Source: Balanoglossus misakiensis
Taxonomy: Eukaryota > Animalia > Hemichordata
Length of the DNA stretch: 64,000 bases
Direction: 5' to 3'
Assembly (NCBI GenBank): GCA_040954595.2
Contig: CM082593.2
Coordinates: 3,241,434 to 3,305,433, forward strand
Part shown: positions 51,602 through 64,000 of the stretch, in pieces
Layout of the letters: each line of letters starts with the position of its first letter
Position numbering within the stretch: the first letter of the stretch is position 1
Notes under the pieces: generated by a model
The model's database searches: none
What the model saw: only the letters and a program-made list of their open reading frames with translations
What the model was told of the DNA's origin: nothing
Program-made: the position numbers and the translations under genes

Positions 51602-54600
51602 CTCGATTGTCTTGTCACGGATGAATGTCTATCTCAGCGAAGTATTTGTCTTAATGTGCCGAGCACTGTGGGTGTGGCTGGATGAATATTTGAAATCTTA
51701 ATAAGTAACTGTATGAGAGCGGACAATTATCCCAAACGTCAACAGCAGGTGTGGCATAGGCGTGTTACATAACGGGCTGACTACAGCCGTTTTCATATTT
51801 GGAGCGCGAAGATACTCTTTAGCTTTCAATGATTGGATAAATTGGGAATCCTTAGGGGTTTCGCGTGAGCAGTTACAGCGAAAGTTCATCAGACTTTATT
51901 TGTCGTGGTCTGCGTTTTGTTGTCGTAATCTTTCTGCGAAAACACCAGCGATTCAGTGTTCTGTGTGATTTCTTCTTTTCGCGACGTCTCCCTCTACTGT
52001 CAGAAGTGTGAATTTGCCAGTCCTCTCTCAAAACTGGACACGGAGGGCGTGATATGACCGACGCGACCCCCACGGCATTTTTAGTCATTTATTTGGTGAT
52101 TTTATCTCCAAATTAACTTACAGTATAGATTTAAGCTGAGATTACATATCCGACTTGAAAACTATCTCGAACCATGTCACATGTTACCATCGTTCTCGCG
52201 TTGACCCGGAAAAATCTCAATAAATTTTGATCGAAAGCGACCATGGGCGTGGGAGTTGCCCTCTGGTAGTGTCCAATGGCACATTCCGAAATGCTTCAGT
52301 TCGGTTATGAAAATATCACGCACACGGTCTCTCGACGATATGCGTTTACATTTGCATGTCAACACGAATTCTGCGTTGTGTAAACTATCAAACGACACTG
52401 AAATATAACATGCCTATACGAGATATGTATATGGTTTCCCTGTAATAAAGGGTTCCCGTGGTGCGTTCATGTATAAACAGGGTCTATGGTATAAACGTGG
52501 ACCGCCGTCCCGGGCCAATCACACTCTTTCGCCTGTTGAATGGGATAGTCATGCAAAACCGTAGCGCTTCAATAAAACCCATTGTTTCTATTGTCGCTCG
52601 CTTTAAAAGGTCCTGTGGAATCTTCGTTTACCTGTCCTGTCACCTTGAAAGAACGCCGACTGGTATACCACAGCCGTCAACTAAATAAACCAGTGGCTCT
52701 GTAAACTAACCAAGGTAAGGATAATCTCAAGCAGTTTTACCTTCGGGATTTGACACGGTCAGATTTTGACACGGTCCTCAGTCGAGCTGAAGGACGGTGT
52801 TTTTGAAAGTGCTTTAGGGAGAAAACACTCTCGCAGTGGGCGACGGTCCTGGCCAATTCAGCGAATTCAATTCAGACATAACTACCCCATTCAAGCGAAG
52901 GTGTCGTTAGTTCGTCAGGGACACAGATATAGTGCAGTCTCGACGTTGACACATAACTGTGCGACCGGTTTTAGAAACTGACGGCGTTGCAACGCAACAT
53001 CTTAAGATAACCTCGGCTGTGGGTCAGTGTGCAACAGGTGAGAATACAGTGATGATCGTTTCTTTAAAAAAACAGACGTTGACTTGAGAAAATTATGGCG
53101 TCCAATTACACAGAAACGATGCCCGGGGACGTCTCATGTCCCAGGACAACTTGCTTTCCGAACGTTTGCGAACAAAACTACGATTACATACAAGGTCGCC
53201 AGAACTGAATTCTTTTATTGCTCTACTCGATCGAATGCTCCGTTCAATTATGTTTGAACAACGCTGGCGATTATTTGCGGTGCACACATTTTGCAGTGAT
53301 GCGTATCAAAATTTACGGGCGTTAGTTGAGAAAACTACGGGTCTGTGGATCGTGAAGAATGGCCACGCTATGCATTGACAAGCAGCTCCGGGTCACAGTG
53401 CGATGCCTGTGAACTATAACCTATCAAAGGTTCTTGAAAGTGTATAGCCTGTGTGTGGGCGTGTACACGGGCTCGGTTTCTCAGTCCTGGTATTAATAGG
53501 CGTCGACGCCGGGGTGAATGACTGCCGCCGGTGCTGTGTTGTTGTACAGGTCTCTGTGACGTCATAGCTCGGTTTGGCTGACCCCGACAAAGTGGGTACT
53601 GTGTAAAGAATTCCATGAAAACCCAACGCATGGCAAAAAGAAATTCAAATGAAAGCAAGACGGTGAACACCGTATTTTCTCAAGTTCTCTTCTTTTTTTC
53701 CAAAAAGACACGCATGCAAAGCGTGTTACCAGAACAATGTACGGTTTAGAGACAGGGCCCATGATGCTGGAAGATTTATTACTTCTAATAAAGAATGCCG
53801 ACACAACAACAGTGACGCTTCGATAGCTGTCATTTTTTAATACCAGCACAAATGTCATGTTGCATAGGATATGAGTGTAGACGATCTCTACCAATAATCA
53901 ACAACACTCAGTGTATATGGCTTTGGGAATTAAATATTCCTAGTACCCTAAACACCACAATTACGACCAATTGAAATATTTAATTTACCGTTGTGTTCAT
54001 ATGCATGAATGGAATATGCGGGCCTGATATTATGCTAAGTACTCAATCACAACAATTTACAGCATTACATAAGCGTGTACTCGATGTTGACTGAACGTGA
54101 TCGAAACAAGCCACCGCGGGATGCTGTAACACAGAAGACATTCTTGTGTCCCATGTACGGATAAATATTCACAATCAAGCAAGTGGTTTTAGCCTAAAGT
54201 ATATATCACGCACGAGGTCAAGCGTATACGGGGGCGAAGATTGTGCACCATGTTCACAAAAGCACCCACGGAATGTATTGTAGAAACTTTAAACTTGTAT
54301 ACACGTGTTAAAAAGCAAAGAACGTAACGTCCTCCAAACGCTATACTGCCAGATTCGAAATACACCTGACCTTTCACGCACCATTAGCGCATAACACGGC
54401 CGGGCAGGGTAGCCGTCGATTTAGTATACATGTACCTGCATTTAAATGGGTGATAATATGTTTGCCTATTGTACTGACGGGCGCTAATTAGATGGATGAC
54501 GTAGACTCGACAGAAACAATGGATGACAGCATGACAGCACATGTACATAACGCATATTCACATAACAATACCGTAAACGAGGACTTAGAAAGAAAATGCA

Positions 54601-55431
54601 TTGCGAGACTTTATTCTAGAACAACACAGAAAGCGAGAGTACCTTGGTACATGTAAATATATTCAATACAGTCGCTGACGCAATGCTATTTTCTTGTCAT
54701 ATATTCAATTATCACAACGAGGTGCCATCGCCCGTAATTTGCATAAGTATCGACCAATCAAATTGCAGATTTGAACTACAGCGACGTCGTCCCTTGATCC
54801 TATAAGAGAGCTGGGTGACTGCAACTTGTATCAGACGAACTCTCTGTATTTTTAAGGACGAGACCGGGTGAGTAGTTTTCTTATTGTAGTCCCATTCTGT
54901 AAGAAATACGGCGTGTTTGTTTACCATTTTGACCCCAAACGCAGCTCTGCAGTATATAGTCATGTACGCGTTTAGTGTTCAAACAGCCGCGTGTGTTTTA
55001 AATTCAGGTGTCAGAAACTACTATTGTTATTAGCCTATACTTGTCAAGAAACTACGTCTGACTAGGAAATATCATCTTTTGACGAAAGATACCAATTGTG
55101 AGACATCATGGATAAAATATGGCAAATGCCACTCCACGGTAGACCAGGGCTCTCGCTAAAGCCATTATCTACAGAGTTAATGTATCCTCAGTAAGGTATT
55201 ATATATAGCATCCGACTACCTGCATAAAAAAGGTCCGATACATACTATATTGGATACATGCAGATGAAATGAAAGTGCAAAGATCAAATAGTCATGTGAT
55301 GCAGATTTGCCACAAACTAAGGACACCTTTATGGTGCGATTATTTTTAATTCCGTCGAAATCTGTTTTGTTTGCAGCCACGGTGTAACTGTTATTTTTAA
55401 ACAACTTGCATTCTTCAAAGTTCCAACAATC

Positions 55432-58400
55432 ATGGAAACGATCGTCCAAAAAACAACATTGACGGAGACGATAGCTCGTTCTGCCGATCCCGGACCGGTT
55501 CGAACAATTTCTGTAAGTTTTGAATTATGTTTTTAACACTTGCTCATTTGGTCGCTGTTTGTACATTGCGCATATATTTTTTTATACAGCAGTGTGATGT
55601 GTACAAAAACTTCGTTGGAGCGAAAAGAAGAACACAAAAAGTGAAAGTATTAAAAAAATTAACCGCCCGCTAAGGGGGTCGAACCCTTGACCTTAGGATT
55701 AAAAGTCCCACGCTCTACCGACTGAGCTAACCGGGCAATACAGCAAGTGCCTCGAGCATACATACATTGATACTGCTCATTTTCAAGTCCATCAAAACAC
55801 TGTTGGTGCAATTATATATTTTATATATTCTTTTTGATCAAAGAGAACTTCACATCGTTCATGGTTTAATAACTGTTTTACTTTTCTTTGGCCAGATTGA
55901 CCTGCTTGTTGTATACGTAAGTTTCCGAGAGATGTCTTTAGTATCGTGCGTCCTTTAACTACTAACCACACCCAAAATAAACGTTCAAGTTCAATCTTTC
56001 CACCCAGCTCCTTAACATAAACCCACCTGGTTTTGATTTCACAGACAAATACACTGCCCCCTCCCTTCATGTTTATTTTGTGTAATACACCCCGAACTTC
56101 ATGTAGAATACAGCACAGATTAATTCGAGCAATTAGAATTGTTCACCTAAGCTTACCCTGGCTAACATAAAGCGCTATTAACATGTTGGATAACAAACCC
56201 GCAACATAATAATGTCCGTTATGCTTCATAACCATAAATCCCCACATTAGATAAACTATTAATCCGTTTGATCTATTACCAGCTTCTCTCTCTCTCGCCA
56301 CAGAATTCTTTTCTATCTAACAATCACGCTCACGGTTTGCTGTGCATTTCTAGCTAACCGCCACCTGTTACTAGTCCATAGACTTACACACAGTTTTGTC
56401 GATTCTTTCAGCGTGGCACTATTCAAGCGAAGGCCGATTTTGACGCAGAGAAAGACAGCGAGAGATTATACAACGCTATGAAGGGAATGGGTAAGTCACA
56501 AAAATTAGTACACATGTTGGAAAATGGGACTATTGACGTGTTATGTTGCACCTGCTATTATAGCTGAAACATCTCACTGTAACTACTGTAACGGAAATTA
56601 TGTCGGACTGAGGTCCCGAAAATCGTCAAGCCTTAGTGAATGACGAACATTGGACCGTACAGCCAACTAAACAGTAGCGTAAACCTAGCACGATCGAGCC
56701 TTGACGGCGTAGACCGGTCCGTTACAAGTCCTGGTTCGATTTACCTTGCACACGGCAGAACGTGCGCTGAGAGAGGTGCTGAAAAGACTGACCGACCTGA
56801 GCGTTGCGCTCACACAAATACCAAGAAAAACCTCGGTATTGCGACCCGTAGACAACTAAACCCTCTCAGAGGTTACAGAAAAAGTATTCCCACAAACGTG
56901 GAGAAAGGTTTGAAGGAAAAGATCAGAAAGATAGAGGTAAAGAACGAATTCAGATCACTACACACGAGAGCATGATGCTCACAGTTCAACCGCCATGTCT
57001 CGTCTGCCGTGGATGTCGAGGGGAGCCACTATATATGCAACCAGCCCACGTGATACAAGCTCCGCCCCCAATCGTGGAAAATAGTTTCTCCTGCTATAGG
57101 GTTTCTCGGTCTGAGAATCAGGAAAAAGTCGCATTTCTTGAGATATGAGTCTTGTGTGGGGCGTTGACCTAGCAATTCCGTGACACTACTATCATTTCAG
57201 CAGCACCCAGTCAAGCCTGTAATTTTTATTTTCTGTCGTTCGATAGGAACTGACGAGCAAACTATTATTGACGTCCTGTCTTCCATCAGCAATGAACAGA
57301 GACAGGCAGTGATCCATAAGTACAAGAGTATGTATGGTCAGGTAGGTCAGCCATTGCGCATATGTGAGTTTGATTTATACAAATGATGAGATTGTTTTCA
57401 CCGATTTCCTATTAAGTTTCTTTACTCACTCAATCACCCATATGCCAACTATTTTTTTCAGGATCTGCCGGAGGACGTAAACAGTGAAACAAGTAGCAAT
57501 TTCCGCAAGGTGTGCCTGGGTTTGTTGAGGACACCCGACATGTTCGACGCTGAGTGCGTGAGGAATGCCATTGAGGTAAGCATTTGTGTCTCTAAGTCCA
57601 ACACGTGAAATCCATTCGCGGTTACAAGTGCAAGGCTGCCTGAGACTGCGCAGACGTTTGATGAAATGCAGCTATTACAGCTTTAATGATTTTATGAAAT
57701 ATTCTCTTCTGAAACCAGGGTCTGGGTACCAACGACACGGCACTCATTGGAGTCCTTTGCACAAGTACAAATGATGAGATCAATGCAATGAAGGAAGCCT
57801 ATAAACAACGTAAGTAACGTTTAATTAATTACTTACTTACTGATGATGATGATGATGATGATGATAATGATGATGATGATGGTCTTATACAGGGTACAAG
57901 CGAAATATGGAGAAAGATGTCGAAGATGATACATCCGGGGACTTCCAGCGATTGCTGGTGTCGCTGCTACAGGCTGGCAGAGACGAGAGTAGACAAGTCG
58001 ATTACAACCAAGCGGCAGCAGACGCCCAGGTGAGAACAGACATAGATAAGTGTCACCTTTGACCTTTGAACTTTTCGTGTCACTCCATAATAAAAAAATC
58101 ACTGTCGCCTTTCTTTGTTAAACCCGATGATGAATTTATTTTTTGCAGGAGCTTTACGCCGCCGGCGAGGGGAAACTAGGAACAGACGAAGCCGTCTTCA
58201 ACAAAATAATGGTGACTCGTAGCTACGACCATTTGAAGGTCACTTTCAACGAGTACTCAAAGCTTTCAAAACGAAACATCATCGAGGCCTTAGACTCGGA
58301 ACTGTCTGGCAATCTTTGCGAAGCAATGAAAACCATCGGTGAGTTTTACAGATGTTTGGAGGGTTGTCCGAACTGCACATGTGCGACTTTTCTGTTAGTT

Positions 58401-59177
58401 GCGGCCACTACTGAACACCGTGAACCATGATAAATGATATCTCCCATATGCTAACTGTTTCAATCTAATATTATAGCCATAAATAGCTCACTCGCAGCCA
58501 TTTCTTGCAGAAATATTGTCACCAATATGTTTCCAAATGAGACAACTCATGTAAAAATGGCGTAGTTGTCTATGTGCCATATGGTTCACTGGATTTTCAT
58601 TTTCATATTTCAGCTTACTGTGCCGTTGACAAGACAAGATTCTACGCCAATGCTCTGCACAAATCAATGAAGGTAAGGAAGCTATGATAGTTCAGTGTTT
58701 GAAAGAAAAAGAAATTACACCGAGAAAAAGAAAAGAATATCACTAGGGAGAATCCCAAGCACACATTTTAAACATTTTACTGATTCAAAATTAATGGATT
58801 TTTGCTTCAATGCAGGGTCTTGGTACTAACGACGAAGTTCTAATACGGGTGATTCTTAAGACGTGTGAAAGTAGCCTGCAGGAAATCAAGAAGGTGTTTC
58901 TGAAAGAATACAAAGGGACCTTGGCCAGCTGGATTGAAGTAAGTACATTTGAATGCATATTTTTCAACCCTCCTGCTTTTGGAAAATACTACACTTGAAT
59001 ATTTTTGCAAAATATGTCGATGAGATATGACTGACGACGACATGAAGTTCCCATGTATCAGAAATTGACGCCATTCTTGCATTGAACGATTAATTCTCTT
59101 CGAAGGGCGACACATCCGGGGACTACAGGAAGATGTTGCTGGCTATAGTTGGGCCCGATGAGGTCGAGGCAGAATAA
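55432..59177 (+). CDS. Annexin 2 of cluster (canonical core, longer N-terminus, acidic C-tail), about 346 aa
   Basis: Exons 55432-55512 (inferred first exon, phase 0), 56412-56490, 57247-57341, 57462-57575, 57719-57809, 57893-58029, 58149-58338, 58614-58672, 58816-58938, 59106-59177. Repeats MKGMGTDE, IEGLGTND, GEGKLGTDE, MKGLGTND with acidic cap residues; AATAAA at 59871. Confidence 0.9.
55664..55736 (-). tRNA. trnK-UUU: tRNA-Lys (UUU), in the predicted first intron of annexin 2, antisense
   Basis: Identical 73 nt sequence; T7 terminator at 55652-55658. Confidence 0.93.
57840..57881. repeat. (GAT)n trinucleotide microsatellite in an annexin 2 intron
   Basis: Directly visible; accounts for the poly-Ile spurious ORF. 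Confidence 0.9.
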
Positions 59178-60017
59178 ACAATGAAGAAGAGCTCATGGAT
59201 TGCGCCACCTATCGGCAGCACACTAATAAGCTCCATGCAAGTTATCTTGTGAAATTTAAAATGTTGATATTATTGAAATTTAAGTATGGGGATCTATGAG
59301 GTATAAAATATTTTCTGAAATATTGTTTTTTTCAGAATCTTCTTCTGTCGGAAGTTGTATTTCATTGTTAAAACACTGCACAACTTGACTGTTTTTATTT
59401 TGTCGGAATATACAACTTGAGGCGACGATTCCATTTTCACATAAGGTGTAATAAAACTTACACAGGCTTCGTTTGTATTCAATTATGAGACATTATAACG
59501 GTTAGGCAGAAAAAAAACAATAGTGAGATTTCTTGCGACCATTAGTACGCCATGTAGCTCATTTATTGTTAATAGCAACTGTATGTCTAAGAGTATTGTT
59601 TCAAGTGGTTTAATTTCATAAAAGTAAGTTTTATCCCATTGCTTGAAGATTCTCGATTGTTTTTAAATGTAATCCAAGTTCTGAATGTCTTTTTAAGTAT
59701 AAACAGAATTAGAATAATAATGCGCAACAAAGTATTGGCTATGTGAAGATTTTGGAGTATAAATTGTGCTCAGTCAGCATTTTAAGAGATTAACTTTCTA
59801 TAATGTTTATGGTACGCTTTTTGCAATATAGTTTTTACATATCATCCATTCAATGTTAATGTACTCTAGCAATAAATAAGATTAAATGCAACATTGTGTA
59901 CGTGTTATCATGTTAAAAATTTGTAATTGATCGAATGGTCTTCCTGGCGTTTGTGGATGTGGATCACAGATTGCAGAACAACCAAAACAATGTTAAAATC
60001 TTTTTTAAAAAGAATAT

Positions 60018-60090
60018 CGCCCGCTAAGGGGGTCGAACCCTTGACCTTAGGATTAAAAGTCCCACGCTCTACCGACTGAGCTAACCGGGC
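60018..60090 (-). tRNA. trnK-UUU: tRNA-Lys (UUU), intergenic between annexins 2 and 3
   Basis: Identical 73 nt sequence; T5 terminator at 60007-60011. Confidence 0.93.
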
Positions 60091-60780
60091 AATGCTCGAA
60101 CGTTAAAATCCCGGACGGGAATGTAAAAAGTGGGATATAGAGAAGACGGCGTTGTGTGCAAAGGAACCTTTTTATTTACGACAATCTAAACACAGAACAG
60201 CTATCTGTGGCACTGGTTTGACACAACGCATAGAAAACGTTCAGTCTATAATAAGCTTTGGTACTTTGCATGATAAAAATAGGCTACTTTGATTTTCATA
60301 TATTGCGGTATGAGGCCAGTTACCCCCCCCCCCCCCTCCACACACACACACCCACTAGACATTCACAACCTGCACATTTTCCACCATAACGTCAGGGCTA
60401 AAAGTGTCCCGTGGATCAAGGTCCGCGGGAACTGTCCTTGAACCAATGTCAGGGCGGGATAACCTATATAAATCGGTACATACATGTAAGAACCTGAAAA
60501 CACAGACAACATCGTCAATCTCTCTAACCAAACCAAACCAAATCCGAATCAGCCTTTCTGTTCCTAATTTCAAAAATAGCTTTCCACAGCACGAAGTGGT
60601 TATAATCGTTTCCCCTGCTCACAAATCACCAAATACGTGATCTCCACTGATGTAAAAACGGTTTCCAATTTAATAAAAACCACGATATTCCCATGACGTA
60701 ATGGCGAGACCGCATCACTCCATGTTTACATACTCGTTTGCATAACTATTCGCCAATCAGCTATCACATTCAAATCGGTG

Positions 60781-60859
60781 CACCCCTGATATAAATGAAG
60801 TGCGCATTAGAGTGTGATACCAATTTACTCAGTGGGCTGTCTGCATAGTTTAGGTGAGT
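60781..60859 (+). promoter_or_regulatory. Probable promoter and non-coding first exon of annexin 3
   Basis: TATA-like TATAAA at about 60790, CCAAT at about 60753, and a strong donor TAG|GTGAGT at 60853/60854. Assignment to annexin 3 is inference. Confidence 0.4.
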
Positions 60860-62351
60860 GTTACTATTTATTATTTTCCACCTACAATATTTTTTGATTT
60901 CGAGTATGTGCCATTTTTATAGCGAGTCTGAAACAATCGCACAATGTGTGCAGAAAGCTAACATTGCACAGATTTCAGATGTTTTATGCAGTCACACAAT
61001 GACAGAACGACATATAAAGTGTATCGTATAGTAATCATGGTACAACAGCAGCCCCAGATATCAAAGTACCAGTAGAAATGAGAAAGTTTGCCTAGGCATG
61101 TGTGTCTCACACGAAGCACAACAGGACGAGCGGCATATACCATTAAAAGTTTTTAAATACGTCATACGTTCACAGATCACCCCGACCAACTGTATCACCC
61201 ATCACCACAAGTTGTAATGCGCCAGAATAATTCATAATTTTGCCGAGACCGACAGATGCGTCGTTTCTCCTGCATACGTCATTTTTAATGTAAAATATAC
61301 CAACTATAAGTAACTATATATCTGGCAACGTAATTTTCTATCCTGCAAAATCTTAAATTGCGACATCATATAAACGTCGCCAAAAGGTTTCAACATTTTC
61401 TGGTAGAAGCTAATCTTAAATAGTATGGGTGTGGTCTGTAGTTCTCTGAGAGTAATTAACTTGTTTATCAGCGATCGTTACACTTATTTGCAGTTTCAGG
61501 AGAATGCATTGGTTCTGTGTCACCTTTTCGATATTGATCGATGATGAATCAGATCAGATGAAAAACCAGCTGTGTAAACCATTATACGTCGATATTTTCT
61601 GATAAAAATACCACAAAAGACAAAAATAACTTTAAAACGCAATGGAAGCTTAATATGCTTGAATGTGATAATATGGGTAGTATGCACCTCGAAAATCGGT
61701 CTTAACTATTTTCTCATGTTTTGGAATGGTTTTGTGACGTCACCACAGTAGTGTAATAAAATAGTTGCCAAGGCATGTTATCATTGCTGCAATGCCAGCA
61801 TTAAACTTATCATTTGCAGCTCGAATTAATTTTCTCCCAGGTGCCATTTAATACCCTGGATGACACACAAGAATTAAGACCTCATAAATATACTACAGTA
61901 TCACAGTATCCTAAGTATATTTTCAAGGAACAACGTGACATATAAGAATAGAAGCTTCGCATCCATTTTTATCCAACAGTTTTGTATTGAAAGATATTAA
62001 ATTTACACACTTTTTTCATATTTTGATTTTACCAGCTGCTCTGTAAAAGAGGGAAGCTTAAACGTGTCCATTTTTAATGAGGAATCAGCCCGCAGCTATA
62101 AAATCGACATATAAATATACTCCATGAAACAACAGATGGTGTAAGAGCCCACCCTGGTTTGCCAGACTTATGTATCTGTGCCGTGAATTAAAAGGGTGTC
62201 TCGAGGTCGATTTTATACATCATTTTTTCTTTGTGTAATTAATTGAATTCATTAAAATCAAACCGTGTAATAATAATATTATTCAACAGAAATATCCAGG
62301 TGATCCACAACTTTCTTGGCACAAACAACCGATAATTGAGCAACCATCACT

Positions 62352-63836
62352 ATGGCAGGAATGGCAGATTTTGATTTATCAAGGGAGACAGAGAAGATAT
62401 ACACTGCATTGGACAAGGTTATGAAGGGACTCAGTAAGTACTAGTGCGGCAGTGACTATCAATGTTTATTCACATCGTAAAATAGGCCACTTTCGTGACC
62501 CCTACGTGACCTTACATCCTCGTACTTCCGTCAAGCGGTATAAACCCTCAACAAAAACTTTGCTGCTAAGAGTCGCTCTCTCCATTTAGGAACTGACGAC
62601 GAGGTACTGATCGAGATCCTGACCGTAGCCACTGACGCTCAGAGGCAAGCGATAACGGAGAATTACAAACTAACGTACGATCAGGTATGTAAAATACAGT
62701 ATTAAGCACCCATGACCCCTGTATGACCTTTCATCATTGTACTTCCGTTGGTATGGGGTTGTCAACTCACGTCTGCATTGGACAAGAAAACTACGTATTT
62801 CTACTTTCTCTCTGTAGAATCTAGAAGAAGACATCGCCCAAGCAACAAGTGGAAATTTTAGCCGACTGACTGGATCGCTGTTGAAGAACCCTGCACAGTA
62901 TGATGCCACTTGCTTGAAGGAGTCTATGGAGGTAAATGACGTCACCGGAAGTACTAGTACATGTATAACAATTTAGATTCTAGGAAGTTTGGCAAAAAGA
63001 CCCCCATAGAAGTCACACATACACGCATTGCCTGAGTAACGGAAATTATATATTGTTGAAAATAGTGCTCTTTTTTCACCACCAGTGGTTTCGCACCGAC
63101 ACCGATGTACTGATAGCTGTTATCTGCACCAGCAAAAATGAGGAAATTCGACAAATGAGTGACGCATACACGGAACGTAAGCATACGTGATTAGAGATCT
63201 GTACTTTCTGAATGCACATCCACGATTCTCAGGCTCTCGTGCTATATAATCTCTTCGCTGAGTTAACTGTGGAATTCTTACGCAGCTAGGGAGTTTTACC
63301 GTAGTATCGGTCAAACTTCTTTAAAACTTTGATTTTCGAAGTGCACACTTCCTTAATAGTAATTTACATTTCTTCCACCGCCCTACAGTGTACGGTAGGA
63401 ACCTCGAGGCAGATGTGAGGAACAAAACCTCAGGTGACTTGGAGGTTTTGCTGGCATCGGTGTTGCAAGCTGGTAGATCTGAGGATCAGGAGGTTAATTC
63501 CGAGAAAGCCACTACCGACGCATCAGTAAGTGGACACGTTAATATCTCAGGGATTTTATTCAATAGTAGACAAAAGTGTTTGAATAATCGAATCGAAGAC
63601 TTGGTCGCTATACAGCCAACTTTTCCCCCGTTTACTTTTTTCACAGGAAATGTACGACGCCATCAACGCTACATTCGGAACTGACAAATCTATTTTTACC
63701 AGTATATTTGCCAATCGCAGTGCTGGCCAGCTGAGGGCCACCTTTGACGAGTATGCACGCATTGCAAAGAAAAACCTGTTGGACGATATTGCAGACAAGA
63801 TATCTGGTAAATTGGCCTTGGCATACAGAACCATCG
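62352..63836 (+). CDS. Annexin 3 of cluster, divergent, 3'-truncated by the window end
   Basis: Exons 62352-62433, 62590-62684, 62818-62931, 63086-63176, 63389-63525, 63647-63836. Sizes 95/114/91/137/190 match annexins 1 and 2 and the frame is open. Annexin-like sequence (DFD, TSGNF, QAGRSE, QLRATFDEY) but GxGT loops and acidic caps are altered. Confidence 0.88.
62496..62766 (+). repeat. Two further copies of the 35 bp TGACCC-N5-TGACCT...ACTTCCG repeat in consecutive annexin 3 introns
   Basis: 62496-62530 and 62713-62747 (similarity to the 3958 copy extends to GTATGGGGT(T)GTCAAC, 62766). A partial inverted CCGGAAGTAC is at 62945. Confidence 0.75.
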
Positions 63837-64000
63837 GTAAGAGAACACTGCCTCCTAGAGTTTTGTTTTGGGGATACAAGGGCGTGAGCCAACAGCTGTT
63901 ACGAGGTATTACCATAAACAGTACACAGGGGGTCTATAGTATTATAGAATATATAGTCATATCCATTGTCGCCGCCGATCACGAAACAGGATTCTGTGAT

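Noticed and set aside
56600-56650. CTGAGGTCCCGAAA resembling a hammerhead ribozyme core
   Set aside because: It lacks CUGANGA and flanking stems. Other CTGAnGA hits checked had no convincing stem II/GAAA arrangement.

Overview
Eukaryotic, intron-rich genomic DNA from an invertebrate animal. A non-vertebrate deuterostome such as a hemichordate is my inference from gene content and repeat style; it is not proven. Splicing the ORF fragments by hand (GT/GC-AG, phase-consistent) gives eight protein-coding genes: a 4-exon class A neuropeptide GPCR (minus strand; RYamide/luqin/leucokinin/GPR83-like), two tandem GPI-anchor-type Ly6/three-finger (quiver-like) genes, a 12-exon bifunctional PAPS synthase (minus) head-to-head with MINPP1 (plus), and three annexins (the third runs off the window). 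There are also four identical tRNA-Lys(UUU) genes, three of them antisense inside introns, an ~810 bp foldback element, a dispersed 35 bp DR5+ETS repeat, a diverged tandem duplication and microsatellites. Most notable: the third annexin has an intact frame but has lost the canonical Ca2+-binding motifs in all three visible repeats; PAPSS-MINPP1 adjacency matches human PAPSS2-MINPP1; PAPSS has a candidate alternative first exon and a GC-AG intron. I found no prokaryotic-type system (CRISPR, operon) and nothing I can call a wholly new system. Most short ORFs in the track look spurious.
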